A stretch of DNA of 64,000 bases from Eubacteriales bacterium (GCA_051867925.1 JBJDZI010000030.1:1158-65157), one strand, 5' to 3'. Counted from the first letter of the stretch, positions 21,387-34,812 are shown. Numbers and translations: made by a program. The notes: a model not told the origin generated them from the letters alone.

Positions 21387-21449
21387 ACGCTTTGTCTCCA
21401 ATCTGTATTGTGTATTGTTAAAAATTTGCACCTTTCTGTACCCCCGCCG

Positions 21450-22139
21450 TCAGGGATAGTTTCTGTGTCCGAAGATGGCACTGCCCAGACGTACCTGCCC
21501 GGAACCGCATCGGATGGCTGTCTCAAAGCTGTCCGACATCCCCATGGACAATAACAGAGGCTCTCTTATATTATGGTGCTTTTTTTGCTGAATGTCAAGG
21601 AAAATTTGAAAACTTTCCGAAAAATATTTTTCGGGACGGTCATTTTCGGCAATTTTCGGCGGGATCACCATGATTCCGGCAAAGCGAATGCCTCCAAGCG
21701 GCAGGATGGCGTCCAAAAATGCATCCAGTTCTTCGGGAAGAATGCCGCCTTTGCTCTCTTCCCTGCCGATATTGACCTCCACCAAGATGTCCATGACCTT
21801 GCCGATCTTCATCGCCCGATTGCTGATCTCCTCTGCCAGCCGCAGGCTGTCTACCGACTCGATCATATCCACCTTATCGACGATATACTTGACCTTGTTG
21901 GTCTGCAAGCGTCCGATAAAATGAATTTCTACATTTTCTTTATGCAGGGCGTCGTATTTCGACAGCAGCTCCTGCACACGGTTTTCCCCGATGAGGGTAA
22001 GCCCTAAATGATCAATGGCGTAATTGATCCGCTCCGGGGACACTGTCTTGGTCGCCGCTAATATGCGCACATCTCTGCCGTCGGCGGCATCTGCCACCCG
22101 GCGCGTGACCTCCTGCCAGCGGGCGGTCAGCACTTCCAT
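21450..22139 (-). CDS. yggS: PLP homeostasis protein YggS
   Basis: LAATKT, GENRVQE, HFIGRLQTNKVK, LSMGMSDS, VRLGSAIFG; start approximate. Confidence 0.93.
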   Translation of the reverse strand: MEVLTARWQEVTRRVADAADGRDVRILAATKTVSPERINYAIDHLGLTLIGENRVQELLSKYDALHKENVEIHFIGRLQTNKVKYIVDKVDMIESVDSLRLAEEISNRAMKIGKVMDILVEVNIGREESKGGILPEELDAFLDAILPLGGIRFAGIMVIPPKIAENDRPEKYFSESFQIFLDIQQKKHHNIREPLLLSMGMSDSFETAIRCGSGQVRLGSAIFGHRNYP

Positions 22140-22152
22140 CTCATTTTCATTT

Positions 22153-23394
22153 TCATGGTTGAATGATTTTTCCCACATACAAATCCTTGCCTCTGACAAT
22201 CACCGTATCGTAATACCTGAGCATCTTGCCTTCGCCGGTTGGCTCGGCGTCCGCATCCACCAGCACCGCGCCGTCTGCCAGCAGTACGGGCGAAACTTCA
22301 CGAAATTCCACCACGCTGCCCCGCAAAATGTAAACGCCGGTGATGCCGTCCAAATTGCGGAGCGCGCCAACGGGAATCCGATAGCCGTTTGTCTCCCCCC
22401 ACGCGATGGATATGCTTTGATAGCGGGTGTAGGAGAAATCGGCGGGCATCCTGTCGCAGGAGAAGATGAGGATCGCCGTTTCGCTTCCGTATTCGATGAT
22501 CATGCGATCCAGTCGCATTTCCACCTTCACGTCACCCGCTTCGGCGAAGTTCACCGTGTAGGTGTTCCCCTGCATCAGTTTGCGGGCAGAGACCACGGGA
22601 ATTTCCGTGACGGCGCACCAAGTGTAGTCTGTCACGATCTTCCCCGCGGTAGCATCCACCGCCTCGGGAGTCATCTCCCGATTCAGCAGTGCCCGCAGAT
22701 CCTCCGGGGCGGCTTCGTCCAGCGCGTCGATGCCGAGAAAACTCTCGTAGCCGTCACACGCCGAGAAATAGTAGCCTGCGCGGTCGCTTCTCACGGAAGA
22801 CAGCGCGCCGCCCACTTCCTCCTGCAGCCGGGTAATCTCCTGTTCGATGGCTTCCCGCACGCCCGACAGATCGTTGCCAACCTTTAATTCTCTGATGTAG
22901 AGCATCATCTGCAACGAATCGGAAAGAGCGGACAGCCCTGTGGTTTCGCCTTTGGCGGTGAGGGCGTCGATCTCGCTCTTCAGTCGGGCGATCTCTTTGT
23001 CCACGGTGCCCGAGGAATAGGAGTTTTTCTTGGAGATGGCTTTTTCCAGAAGATTTTGGCGAGCCAGCGCACTCGACAGGCGATCCAGTTTCTCGGACTG
23101 CCCCTCTGTGCCGCTATACACCTCGGCGACCTTGTCGCCCGCACTGACGCGGGTGCCATCGGTAACGGTATGAGTCAGCAAGCCGTCGGAGGTAAATTCT
23201 ATGGGCACCTCGTCCCGCACGATGTAACAGCCTGCGGTGACGCTCAGATCCTCCTGCACCAGTGAGACAGGGAGCGTTTCCACGGAGCTGACGATCGAGC
23301 CGCCCAGCTGATAGGCAATATCCACGATGAGGATCACCGCCGCCAGCGCAAGGGCGATATAGCCTGCGATACGCAGCAGATATTTTTTATCCAT
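22153..23394 (-). CDS. Membrane-anchored protein with HlyD/membrane-fusion-like hybrid motif
   Basis: N-terminal TM, GYIVRDE-like motif, DGTRVSAGDKVA lipoyl-like motif, coiled coil, AGYYFSACDGYE; position upstream of yggS is common in Clostridia. Confidence 0.7.
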   Translation of the reverse strand: MDKKYLLRIAGYIALALAAVILIVDIAYQLGGSIVSSVETLPVSLVQEDLSVTAGCYIVRDEVPIEFTSDGLLTHTVTDGTRVSAGDKVAEVYSGTEGQSEKLDRLSSALARQNLLEKAISKKNSYSSGTVDKEIARLKSEIDALTAKGETTGLSALSDSLQMMLYIRELKVGNDLSGVREAIEQEITRLQEEVGGALSSVRSDRAGYYFSACDGYESFLGIDALDEAAPEDLRALLNREMTPEAVDATAGKIVTDYTWCAVTEIPVVSARKLMQGNTYTVNFAEAGDVKVEMRLDRMIIEYGSETAILIFSCDRMPADFSYTRYQSISIAWGETNGYRIPVGALRNLDGITGVYILRGSVVEFREVSPVLLADGAVLVDADAEPTGEGKMLRYYDTVIVRGKDLYVGKIIQP

Positions 23395-23490
23395 TGACCT
23401 TTCCCGTCCCTTCTCGTAGATTGTTGCAAGTTTTGCGCCCGCAGATCCGCATTTTTTTGCAGCAGATACGGCACGACAGATTATTTTATA

Positions 23491-24411
23491 TTATAACACA
23501 TAATTTGACTTTTCGAACGTTTCTGCCACAAAATTTACAATATTTTCAAAGTTCGGGAAGTCGGATACGTCCAGCATAGTAAACCCTTGTTGATGGGAGA
23601 ACCAAGTGAGTTGCCGTTTGGCATAGCGGCGGCTTGCCATCTGAATCTGTGCAACGGTTTCGTCCAGAGTCTGCTCACCGCGAAGACAAGCCAGCATCTC
23701 CTTGTAGCCGATGGCTTGCCCTGCCGTGGTGGCGGGATCGGGATTTAGCGCGCGGACTTCCTCAAACAGTCCCGCCCTCACCATCTCCACCACGCGTCGG
23801 TCGATGCGGGCGTACAGCGCCTCCCGTGGGGCGGTCAGGCAGAGGAGAAGCGCGTCGGAGCGGTATTCCTCGGAGGGGGTCTTCCGATCCCATTGGCTTT
23901 TGGGGATCCCCGACAGGCGGTAGATCTCCAACGCACGAATGACTCTGCGGCGGTTGTTTGGGTGGATTGCCGCCGCGCTCTCGGGATCACAGAGCGACAG
24001 TTCCCGATAGTTTTCGGCGGGATCCCGCGCTTCCAGCATCGCACGCAGTTCGGGATCGCCGGGAGGGGAGGAGACAGGGGTGTCACAGAGGGCTTGTCTG
24101 AGATAGAGTCCCGTACCGCCGCAGAAAATGGGGGTCTTTCCCCGGGACAGAATCCCATCCACACAGCGGCGGGCATCGGCAGCGTAATCGGCGCAGGAAT
24201 ACTCTTCGGAGGGGTCGCGGATGTCAATCAGATGATGCGCCACCGCCGCGCGCTCGGCGGCGGTGGCTTTGGCGGTACCGATGTCCATTCCGCGATAGAT
24301 CTGCATACTGTCAGCGGAAATTACCTCTCCGTTCAGCCGTTTGGCAAGTGCCAAAGCCAGTGCGCTTTTCCCCACCGCGGTAGGTCCTGCAATCACGATA
24401 ATCTTCTTCAT
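23491..24411 (-). CDS. miaA: tRNA dimethylallyltransferase
   Basis: GPTAVGKS, SADSMQIYRGMDIGTAK, GGTGLY, AIGYKE, YAKRQLTW. Confidence 0.97.
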   Translation of the reverse strand: MKKIIVIAGPTAVGKSALALALAKRLNGEVISADSMQIYRGMDIGTAKATAAERAAVAHHLIDIRDPSEEYSCADYAADARRCVDGILSRGKTPIFCGGTGLYLRQALCDTPVSSPPGDPELRAMLEARDPAENYRELSLCDPESAAAIHPNNRRRVIRALEIYRLSGIPKSQWDRKTPSEEYRSDALLLCLTAPREALYARIDRRVVEMVRAGLFEEVRALNPDPATTAGQAIGYKEMLACLRGEQTLDETVAQIQMASRRYAKRQLTWFSHQQGFTMLDVSDFPNFENIVNFVAETFEKSNYVL

Positions 24412-24547
24412 GCGGCTCCCCCTTTCCCTATCATTTCACAGAATGATTTATTATAACACATCTCTTCTCAAAATTCAAGATTATTCTTGACAATTTCCGA
24501 AAATATGCTACAATTATATATTATATAAACTGCCATGGAGGATCAGG

Positions 24548-25375
24548 ATGAACGAGATCTGCATTTGCCCTGTGTGCCGGCGAAAATACGGGAAACAGGT
24601 GCGTCTGAAGCGAGAGACGAAACGCTACGTCTGCCCGGAGGGGCACAGTTTTGATATTTCCGCAAAGGGATACGTGAATCTGCTCTCGCCCTCTGCAGGC
24701 TCCCATGGAGACAACCGCGACATGGTACGGGCGCGGCGCGATCTGCTGGACGGCGGTATCTATGCGCCCTTCCGAACAGGACTTGCCGAGATGCTGGTTA
24801 CCCTGCCCGTGGGTGCCACCGTCTGGGACAGCGGATGCGGTGAGGGCTATTACACCTGTGCCGCTATTGAATGTGACCGCGGCTTTGCCGTCTACGGCTC
24901 CGATCTGTCCACCGACGCGCTGGCAGAGGCGCACAAACGGTCGCCGAAGCTCTCTCTGATCGCCGCCAGCTCCTATGCACTCCCTGCGGACGACGAGATC
25001 TGCGACGCTCTGCTCTGTCTGTTTGCCCCCGAAGCGACCGAAGAATTTCTTCGGGTGCTGAAGCCGGGCGGTTCGCTGATCCTTGGCGTGCCCGGCAGAC
25101 GGCATCTGTTCGGACTCAAAGAGGTGCTGTACGATACCCCTTACGAAAACGAGCTCCGCGATCCCACCCTGCCCGGGTTTTCGCTGATCGAAAATCGGGA
25201 GATCTACTACACCGTCACGCTGAACGATCCAGCCCTGATCCGCAGTTTGTTTGAGATGACGCCCTACGCCTATCGCACCGGTGCCAAGGGGAAAGAGCGG
25301 CTCTTTGCCGCAGACGCTTTGCAGACCGAACTTCACTTTCATTTGCTTCACTATCAAAAATTACGGAATAATTAA
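24548..25375 (+). CDS. rlmA: RlmA-like rRNA (guanine-N1) methyltransferase
   Basis: CPVC...CPEGHSFDISAKGYVNLL zinc finger, DSGCGEGYY, MTPY. Confidence 0.8.
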   Translation: MNEICICPVCRRKYGKQVRLKRETKRYVCPEGHSFDISAKGYVNLLSPSAGSHGDNRDMVRARRDLLDGGIYAPFRTGLAEMLVTLPVGATVWDSGCGEGYYTCAAIECDRGFAVYGSDLSTDALAEAHKRSPKLSLIAASSYALPADDEICDALLCLFAPEATEEFLRVLKPGGSLILGVPGRRHLFGLKEVLYDTPYENELRDPTLPGFSLIENREIYYTVTLNDPALIRSLFEMTPYAYRTGAKGKERLFAADALQTELHFHLLHYQKLRNN

Positions 25376-25466
25376 AATATTTAACAAATATTTCTGCCCT
25401 GCCGCCGCGAAGCCCCACAGCAGGAAAAAATATTTGCTAAATTTGTGTTAACTTTGAGCAAAAGCC

Positions 25467-25495
25467 TTGACATCGACCCAAAAATCATATATAAT
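25467..25495 (+). promoter_or_regulatory. Consensus sigma-A promoter
   Basis: TTGACA-N17-TATAAT upstream of the binding-protein gene. Confidence 0.85.
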
Positions 25496-25531
25496 GAACA
25501 TACCAAAATTTTTTATTAGGAGTGAATACCT

Positions 25532-27052
25532 ATGAAACGCAAACTCTTGTCTCTGTTGCTTTGCGCCGCTACCGCAATGGGTTCTTTAGCCCTGCTGGCA
25601 AGCTGCGCTGAAAACCCTGCCGAGACCACCAAGAAATCCGATGATAACGGTATTGTTGAAGACGAGCACTTCCTCGCTAAGTTGCCTTCGGATCTGAACT
25701 TCGCAAACGAAGGTCTGGACGAAGAGGATCTGATCCTTTACGTTGCTTATGTGGAAGGTTCTAACGGCTCCTTCACCCAGCGTTCTCTGAAGGCTGACCC
25801 TCTGGACGAGTCCGCCGTTGACCAGAAGACTCTGGAGCGCGACAACCGTATGAAAGATCGCCTCGGTCTCGAACTCGAGATCGAACTGGTCTCCCCCTCC
25901 ATCACCGGTATGGAAAGTGCCATCGGTACTTCTCTGGCTGCCGGTAACCCCGACTACGATATCATTGCCGGCTACCAGTATTTCGGTATCGGTATGGCTA
26001 CCAAGGGTTACCTGCTGAACCTGACTAATCTGGCTCAGGACGATGCGGATTACATCGATCTGGAAGCTGACTACTGGGGCAAGGCATACAATGACAATAT
26101 GTCTTACCAGGGCGCATACTACTGGATCACCGGTGACATCGCTCTCCGTTACATCGGCGGTATGTACTGCACTTTCGTTAACTCCGCTCTCTACAACGAT
26201 TACCTGAGCGACTACGGCTCCATCTACTCCATCGCAAGAGACGGCAAGTGGACCATCGACCTGATGACCGAGATGGCAGGTAAGATCTACGAAGACACCG
26301 GCACAGTTGCTAACGAACCCGACGCAGACGACACCTTCGGTTTCGGCTACGAGACGACCGACATGATCGACGGCATCGCAATCGGTTGCGGCGTACAGTT
26401 CACCTACCGTGATCCTTCCACCGGCGAGATCATGCTGACCTTCAACAACAACCACACCTTCGAGATCTCCGACAAGATCCATGCACTGTCCATTCAGAGC
26501 TCTACCTTCAAGTTTGAAGATGGCGACTCCGCTAACGTTATGCAGGCTTTCGCTAACGGTACCGTTGCATTCACCGTTAACAAGCTGTTCCAAGCTGAGG
26601 CTTACCTCGATGACTTCGATGATTTCTATATCATCCCCGCTCCTAAGTTCGACGAAACTCAGGAAAACTACATCACCGGTCTGCACGATGGTTGCACCAT
26701 CTTCGGTATCACCTACTGCACCGGCAAGATCCGTCAGGCTGCTGCCGCTCTGGAATTCCTGTGCGCTTACAGCTCCAAGGACGTTATGCCTCTGTACTAT
26801 GAGGGTGCTCTGAAGAAGCAGTTCACTCGTGACGCTGAAGCTCCCGAAATGGTTGACCTGATCCACAGCAACATCACCACCGACTTCGCTGTTGCATGGG
26901 GCGCATCCATCGACAACCTGTCTCAGATCTTCAGAAGCTGCGCTAAGATCACCAACTCTACCATCAAGCGTGACGTTTCCAAGTGGGAAGAAGCTCTTGC
27001 TGAGTTGGGCGAGAAGCTCCTCCAGCACAAGGACGGCGGCGCTGAGGCTTAA
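25532..27052 (+). CDS. Extracellular solute-binding lipoprotein (probably carbohydrate, family 1-like)
   Basis: Signal peptide with LASC lipobox; GKWTID, PAPKFDETQENY, AAALEFL, YYE motifs typical of clostridial sugar-binding proteins. Confidence 0.75.
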   Translation: MKRKLLSLLLCAATAMGSLALLASCAENPAETTKKSDDNGIVEDEHFLAKLPSDLNFANEGLDEEDLILYVAYVEGSNGSFTQRSLKADPLDESAVDQKTLERDNRMKDRLGLELEIELVSPSITGMESAIGTSLAAGNPDYDIIAGYQYFGIGMATKGYLLNLTNLAQDDADYIDLEADYWGKAYNDNMSYQGAYYWITGDIALRYIGGMYCTFVNSALYNDYLSDYGSIYSIARDGKWTIDLMTEMAGKIYEDTGTVANEPDADDTFGFGYETTDMIDGIAIGCGVQFTYRDPSTGEIMLTFNNNHTFEISDKIHALSIQSSTFKFEDGDSANVMQAFANGTVAFTVNKLFQAEAYLDDFDDFYIIPAPKFDETQENYITGLHDGCTIFGITYCTGKIRQAAAALEFLCAYSSKDVMPLYYEGALKKQFTRDAEAPEMVDLIHSNITTDFAVAWGASIDNLSQIFRSCAKITNSTIKRDVSKWEEALAELGEKLLQHKDGGAEA

Positions 27053-27086
27053 TCGATTCACAAATCGATCATTACTCATCTAACCA

Positions 27087-27118
27087 AAACCCTCCGATGC
27101 AAATCGGAGGGTTTTCTT
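27087..27118 (+). terminator. Intrinsic terminator
   Basis: AAAACCCTCCGAT/ATCGGAGGGTTTT hairpin. Confidence 0.8.
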
Positions 27119-27224
27119 CGTGGAGCGGAAGACATTGCAATAAAGTGACAGCGGCATGGCGTGGTGAAAACCATTGGACTATAAGAGGTATCTCCTTCCC
27201 TTGCATCTGCAATTTTACACACGA

Positions 27225-27266
27225 AATCCCCAAATTCCCCGGAATACACCGGGAAATTTGGGGATT
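27225..27266 (-). terminator. Probable terminator of the GH2 gene
   Basis: AATCCCCAAATT-CCCGG/CCGGG-AATTTGGGGATT hairpin just past the stop. Confidence 0.65.
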
Positions 27267-27275
27267 AGAAACCAA

Positions 27276-30311
<3,036 letters not shown>

Positions 30312-30350
30312 TTATCTCCTTTCGGATCGCGTAACGTCTGTACGTTACGA

Positions 30351-30995
30351 TTATTTCATCGTTTCCTGCTTGACCTTGTGATCCACCACATGGCGGGATG
30401 CAAGTTCGGCGCGAATGTCGTTGAGCGAAATACCCATTTCCACCATCAGCACCATCACATGATAAGCCAGATCGGCAATCTCATAGACCGTCTCTTCTCT
30501 GCTGTTCTTGGCGCCGATGATCACCTCGGTAGACTCCTCGCCCACCTTTTTCAGAATCTTATCCAGTCCCTTTTCAAACAGATAGGTGGTGTAACTGCCC
30601 TCTTTCTTCTCGGTTTTTCTGCCTTCGATCAAGCGGTAAAGCGCATCCATAGAGAAGGGATTTTGCTTGTCGCTGATGAAGAGGTATTCAGAGAAGCAGG
30701 ACTCTGTGCCGGTATGGCAGGCGGGACCGTCCTTGATTACCTTTACCACAAGGGCGTCTCTGTCACAATCGGCTTCGATGGAAACGATGTGCTGATAGTT
30801 GCCGGAGGTCGCGCCCTTCAGCCACAGTTCCTGACGGGAGCGGGAGAAGAAGCAGGTCAGTTCTTTGTCCACGCTGATCTCCAGACTTTCGCGGCTCATA
30901 TAAGCAAGCGTCAACACTTCGCGGGTATAATAATCCTGCACAACTGCAGGAATCAGTCCTTTTTCGTCAAATTTCAGTTCGTTGATGGAAATCAT
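30351..30995 (-). CDS. hisIE: Phosphoribosyl-AMP cyclohydrolase / phosphoribosyl-ATP pyrophosphatase
   Basis: [30 protein letters not shown]. Confidence 0.95.
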   Translation of the reverse strand: MISINELKFDEKGLIPAVVQDYYTREVLTLAYMSRESLEISVDKELTCFFSRSRQELWLKGATSGNYQHIVSIEADCDRDALVVKVIKDGPACHTGTESCFSEYLFISDKQNPFSMDALYRLIEGRKTEKKEGSYTTYLFEKGLDKILKKVGEESTEVIIGAKNSREETVYEIADLAYHVMVLMVEMGISLNDIRAELASRHVVDHKVKQETMK

Positions 30996-31043
30996 CACAG
31001 ACTCCTTACTATTCAATAGATTTGCGTGCAAGATTTTCTTGCA

Positions 31044-31805
31044 TTACAGGCGCATTTCGATGCCTGACGCACGAAGTTGTTCTTTCAGATCTCGGATTGA
31101 GACCTCGCCGAAGTGGAAAATGGAGGCGGCAAGTCCTGCATCCACGCGGGGGAGCGCTCGGAAGAGCGTGGTAAAATGTTCGATACAGCCTGCGCCGCCC
31201 GATGCGATGACGGGGATGGACACGGCATCCGAAATCGCGCGGAGCATCTCCAGATCAAAGCCGCCCTTCACGCCGTCGGTGTCGATGCTGTTGACCACGA
31301 TCTCCCCTGCCCCCCGCTCCTGCCCTTCTCTTGCCCATTCCACGGCTTCACGGAACGTGCGCTCTCTGCCGCCCTTGGAGTAGACGGCAAACCGTCCGTC
31401 TGGATCGCGCTTGACATCCATGGAGAGAACGACACATTGGTCGCCGTACTTCTTGGCGGCAAGACCGATGAGGTCTGGATTGCGGAGCGCGCCCGAATTG
31501 ACGCTGACCTTGTCCGCGCCCGCGTTCAGCACGCGGTCGAAATCCTCCACGGTGTTGATGCCGCCCCCGACGGTAAGCGGAACGAAGATGCGGGAAGCCA
31601 CCTGCATCAAAATGTCGGTAAACAGTTTTCTTCCTTCGAAGGAAGCGGTAATGTCGTAGAAGACCAGTTCGTCTGCGCCTGCATCGCTGTACATTGCCGC
31701 CAGTTCCACGGGATCGCAGACTTCGCGCACACCTTCAAAATTGGTTCCCTTTACAACCTTGCTGTCCCGAATGTCCAAACAAGGAATGATTCGTTTCGTG
31801 GTCAC
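31044..31805 (-). CDS. hisF: Imidazole glycerol phosphate synthase cyclase subunit
   Basis: KRIIPCLD, GADELVFYDITAS, VGGGI, ASGGAG. Confidence 0.96.
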   Translation of the reverse strand: MTTKRIIPCLDIRDSKVVKGTNFEGVREVCDPVELAAMYSDAGADELVFYDITASFEGRKLFTDILMQVASRIFVPLTVGGGINTVEDFDRVLNAGADKVSVNSGALRNPDLIGLAAKKYGDQCVVLSMDVKRDPDGRFAVYSKGGRERTFREAVEWAREGQERGAGEIVVNSIDTDGVKGGFDLEMLRAISDAVSIPVIASGGAGCIEHFTTLFRALPRVDAGLAASIFHFGEVSIRDLKEQLRASGIEMRL

Positions 31806-32527
31806 AGGATTTCCCCTCTTTCTCCGATAGCGATGGCACGGGACAGATCCAGTTTTCCCATATAGAGTGCTTTGCCGAGGATCGCACCGTGGAGATTCAT
31901 CTCACGAAGCGTAGCGATCTCATGCTCAAAGGTAATGCCGCCCGATGCGATGATCGTCAGTCCTTCGATGGCGGACAGTTTGCGATAGATCTCCAGATTG
32001 GTACCCGAAAGGGTGCCGTCTTTGGAAATATCGGTATAAATCACGGTAGAAACGCCGCTTTTTGCCAGTTTTGCGCAGAAATCCAGCGAATCCACGTCGG
32101 TCACGGTTTTCCAGCCGTGGATGGCGACCTTTCCGTCGGACGCGTCCACGCCGACCGCGATGGCATAGCCGTATTTTTCAGCCATTTCGGCGGCAAAACC
32201 GGGATTTTCAATGGCAGCAGAGCCGAGGATCACGCGCTTCACGCCCGCATCCAGATAAGCCTTGATCCGCATCTCGTCACGGATACCGCCGCCCACTTCC
32301 ACGAACAGATCCTCCGCGGCGAGCTTGGAAATGATCTCGTAATTGCAGAGTTTTCCGTCCTTGGCACCGTCCAGATCGACGACGTGCAGATGGGTGGCTC
32401 CCGCTTTGCGGAAACTGCGGGCAATCTCGGTGGGATCGGAAGAGTAGACCTCCATCCGATCGTAATCGCCTTTGGTGAGTCGGACGACTTTTCCGTCTTT
32501 GAGATCAATTGCAGGATAGATGTACAT
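31802..32527 (-). CDS. hisA: ProFAR isomerase
   Basis: PAIDLKDGKVVRL, HVVDLDGA, TDISKDG. Confidence 0.96.
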   Translation of the reverse strand: MYIYPAIDLKDGKVVRLTKGDYDRMEVYSSDPTEIARSFRKAGATHLHVVDLDGAKDGKLCNYEIISKLAAEDLFVEVGGGIRDEMRIKAYLDAGVKRVILGSAAIENPGFAAEMAEKYGYAIAVGVDASDGKVAIHGWKTVTDVDSLDFCAKLAKSGVSTVIYTDISKDGTLSGTNLEIYRKLSAIEGLTIIASGGITFEHEIATLREMNLHGAILGKALYMGKLDLSRAIAIGERGEIL

Positions 32528-32539
32528 CGGTAGCCCTCC

Positions 32540-33148
32540 TTACAGCTCTGCAAAGGCGGCGAGAATGGAAAGTCCCACTTTGCCGCTTTTCTCGGGATGG
32601 AATTGGGTGCCGTAGATCTTGCCTTTTCCCACTGCGCCCGTAACGGTCACCCCATACTCGGAGGTGGCGATGGTGTCCGCCGCGCAATCCTTTGCGTAAA
32701 AGGAGTGAACGTAGTAAACAAAGTCACCCTCCTTCACATAGCAAAACAGAGGATCGGGGCGGGCGAGGTGAAGCGCATTCCAGCCCATGTGGGGGACTTT
32801 CAGCGGCTCTTTCAGGTCTGCGGTAATGGGAGCAACGGTGCCGTGGATCAGCCCCAGCCCTTCGTGAGTGCCGTATTCCAGACTCTTGTCGAAGAGCAGT
32901 TGCATCCCAAGACATATACCCAACAGAGGCTTCCCCGCCTCGGCTTCGAACTTGATCAGCGGGATCAGCCCGGTCGCCTCCAATTTTTCTTTGGCATCGG
33001 CAAATGCGCCCACGCCGGGAAGGATGATGCGGTCTGCCGCTTGGATTTCTTTGGGATCGGCGGTCACGACGGCATCCAGTCCAAGATAGGCGAGGGAACT
33101 TTTCAGTGAAAACAGATTGCCCACGCCGTAGTTGATAATTGCGATCAT
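32540..33148 (-). CDS. hisH: Imidazole glycerol phosphate synthase glutaminase subunit
   Basis: LPGVGAF, GICLGMQ, PHMGWN, QFHPEKS. Confidence 0.96.
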   Translation of the reverse strand: MIAIINYGVGNLFSLKSSLAYLGLDAVVTADPKEIQAADRIILPGVGAFADAKEKLEATGLIPLIKFEAEAGKPLLGICLGMQLLFDKSLEYGTHEGLGLIHGTVAPITADLKEPLKVPHMGWNALHLARPDPLFCYVKEGDFVYYVHSFYAKDCAADTIATSEYGVTVTGAVGKGKIYGTQFHPEKSGKVGLSILAAFAEL

Positions 33149-33163
33149 AACGACTCCAAACTC

Positions 33164-33751
33164 TTACAAACTGCCTTTGGTGGATGGGATCTGATCGGCG
33201 TTCTGCGCATCAATGGCAACCGCCGCTTTCAGACTGCGGGCGAAGGATTTGAAGGTTCCTTCGATGATGTGATGGGTATTTTTGCCCGCCATCTGCTTAA
33301 TGTGCAGAGTCATCTCAGCCGAGCGGGTGAGAGCAGCGAAAAACTCCTCCACCAGTTCGGTGTCAAAGGTACCGACCTTTTGTGCGGGCAATTCCAGTTC
33401 ACAGCAGAGGGTGGAGCGTCCCGACAGATCGAGAGAGGTGAGGATCAGCGCTTCATCCATGGGAAGGATGTAAAAGCCGTAGCGATGGATGCCGCGCTTG
33501 TCGCCGAGGGCGGCAGTCAGCGCTTTGCCAAGGCAGATGCCGATGTCCTCTACGGTGTGATGATCGTCCACATAGGTGTCCCCCTTGCAGGTGAGGGACA
33601 GGTCAAAGCCGCCGTGCTTGGCAAAAAGGGTGAGCATATGATCCAAAAAACCGCATCCGCTGGCAACGGAAGCGGTGCCGCTTCCGTCAAGATTCAAGGT
33701 CAGCGAAATATCGGTTTCGGCTGTTTTTCTGGTAACGGTGGTCTGTCTCAT
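33164..33751 (-). CDS. hisB: Imidazoleglycerol-phosphate dehydratase
   Basis: FLDHML, DDHHTVED, PMDEAL, NTHHIIE. Confidence 0.96.
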   Translation of the reverse strand: MRQTTVTRKTAETDISLTLNLDGSGTASVASGCGFLDHMLTLFAKHGGFDLSLTCKGDTYVDDHHTVEDIGICLGKALTAALGDKRGIHRYGFYILPMDEALILTSLDLSGRSTLCCELELPAQKVGTFDTELVEEFFAALTRSAEMTLHIKQMAGKNTHHIIEGTFKSFARSLKAAVAIDAQNADQIPSTKGSL

Positions 33752-34812
33752 GTCAGATCCTCCAGTATTTCTTGGATTTTTTGAAGCATTGTTTCCATTT
33801 GCTTCCGAGTGCCGATGGTGATCCGGATTGAGTCGGCGATGCGTGCATCGCTGAGATGGCGAACCAGCACTCCCTTGGCTTTCAGCCGCTCATACAGCTT
33901 TCTGCCGCTCATCCGGTCGGTATGCGCCAGCAGGAAGTTCGACATGGATGCAGGATAGGTGAAGCCCAGCTTCGTGAGGGCATCGGCAGTAAACGAACGC
34001 GTCTCTGCTACCTTGCGGGTACACTCGGTAAAATAGGCTTCGTCCTGCATGGCTTCCACTGCCGCCGCCATGGAAAGGCGATTGACATTGTAAGGATTGA
34101 AGGAATACTTCACGCGGTTGAGGTCAGCGATCAAATCGGCGCATCCGACAGCAAAGCCCACTCTGGCTCCCGCTAAATTGCGGGATTTGGAGAAGGTCTG
34201 CACCACCAAAAGATTGTCGTAGCAATCGGTGAGGGAAATCGCCGTCTCGCCGCCGAAGTCAATATAAGCTTCGTCTACGATGACCACGCGGTCGCAGTTT
34301 TGCCTTACCAGTTCCTCGATCTTGGAGAGCGGCAGATAGGTGCCGGTCTGGGCGTTGGGATTGGCAATGACCACAGTAGAGTCGATGTCCTTATAATCCT
34401 CCACACGAATAGTGAAGGTATCATCCAGCGGAACGGTGGTATAGGGGATGCCGAACAGATTGGCAAACACGGGGTAGAAGCCGTAGGTCACGTCGGGGAA
34501 GACGAGGCTCTTACCGTTTCCGAAGGCATCAAACGCGAACGCCAGCACCTCGTCGGAGCCGTTGGATGCGATGACACGGTCTGCGGTGATGCCGTAATGT
34601 GCGGCGATCGCCTCGTGGAGCGCATGGCAGGTGGGATCGCTATATAGATTCAGTTTGGATGCTTCCCCACTCTCGATCACCGAAATCACTTTCGGAGAAG
34701 GAGGATAGGGAGATTCATTGGTATTCAGTTTAATGTACTGCATATCCCGCGGCTGTTCACCGGGGGTGTACGGTTCCAGTGCCGACAGTTTTTCAGAGAA
34801 GAATCTGCTCAT
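33748..34812 (-). CDS. hisC: Histidinol-phosphate aminotransferase
   Basis: KLNTNESPY, NGSDE, DEAYIDF, TFSKSRNLAGAR. Confidence 0.95.
   Translation of the reverse strand: MSRFFSEKLSALEPYTPGEQPRDMQYIKLNTNESPYPPSPKVISVIESGEASKLNLYSDPTCHALHEAIAAHYGITADRVIASNGSDEVLAFAFDAFGNGKSLVFPDVTYGFYPVFANLFGIPYTTVPLDDTFTIRVEDYKDIDSTVVIANPNAQTGTYLPLSKIEELVRQNCDRVVIVDEAYIDFGGETAISLTDCYDNLLVVQTFSKSRNLAGARVGFAVGCADLIADLNRVKYSFNPYNVNRLSMAAAVEAMQDEAYFTECTRKVAETRSFTADALTKLGFTYPASMSNFLLAHTDRMSGRKLYERLKAKGVLVRHLSDARIADSIRITIGTRKQMETMLQKIQEILEDLT

Noticed and set aside
20400..21440. Prophage or IS remnant
   Set aside because: No transposase or integrase fragments, terminal repeats or att-like duplication were found at the borders.
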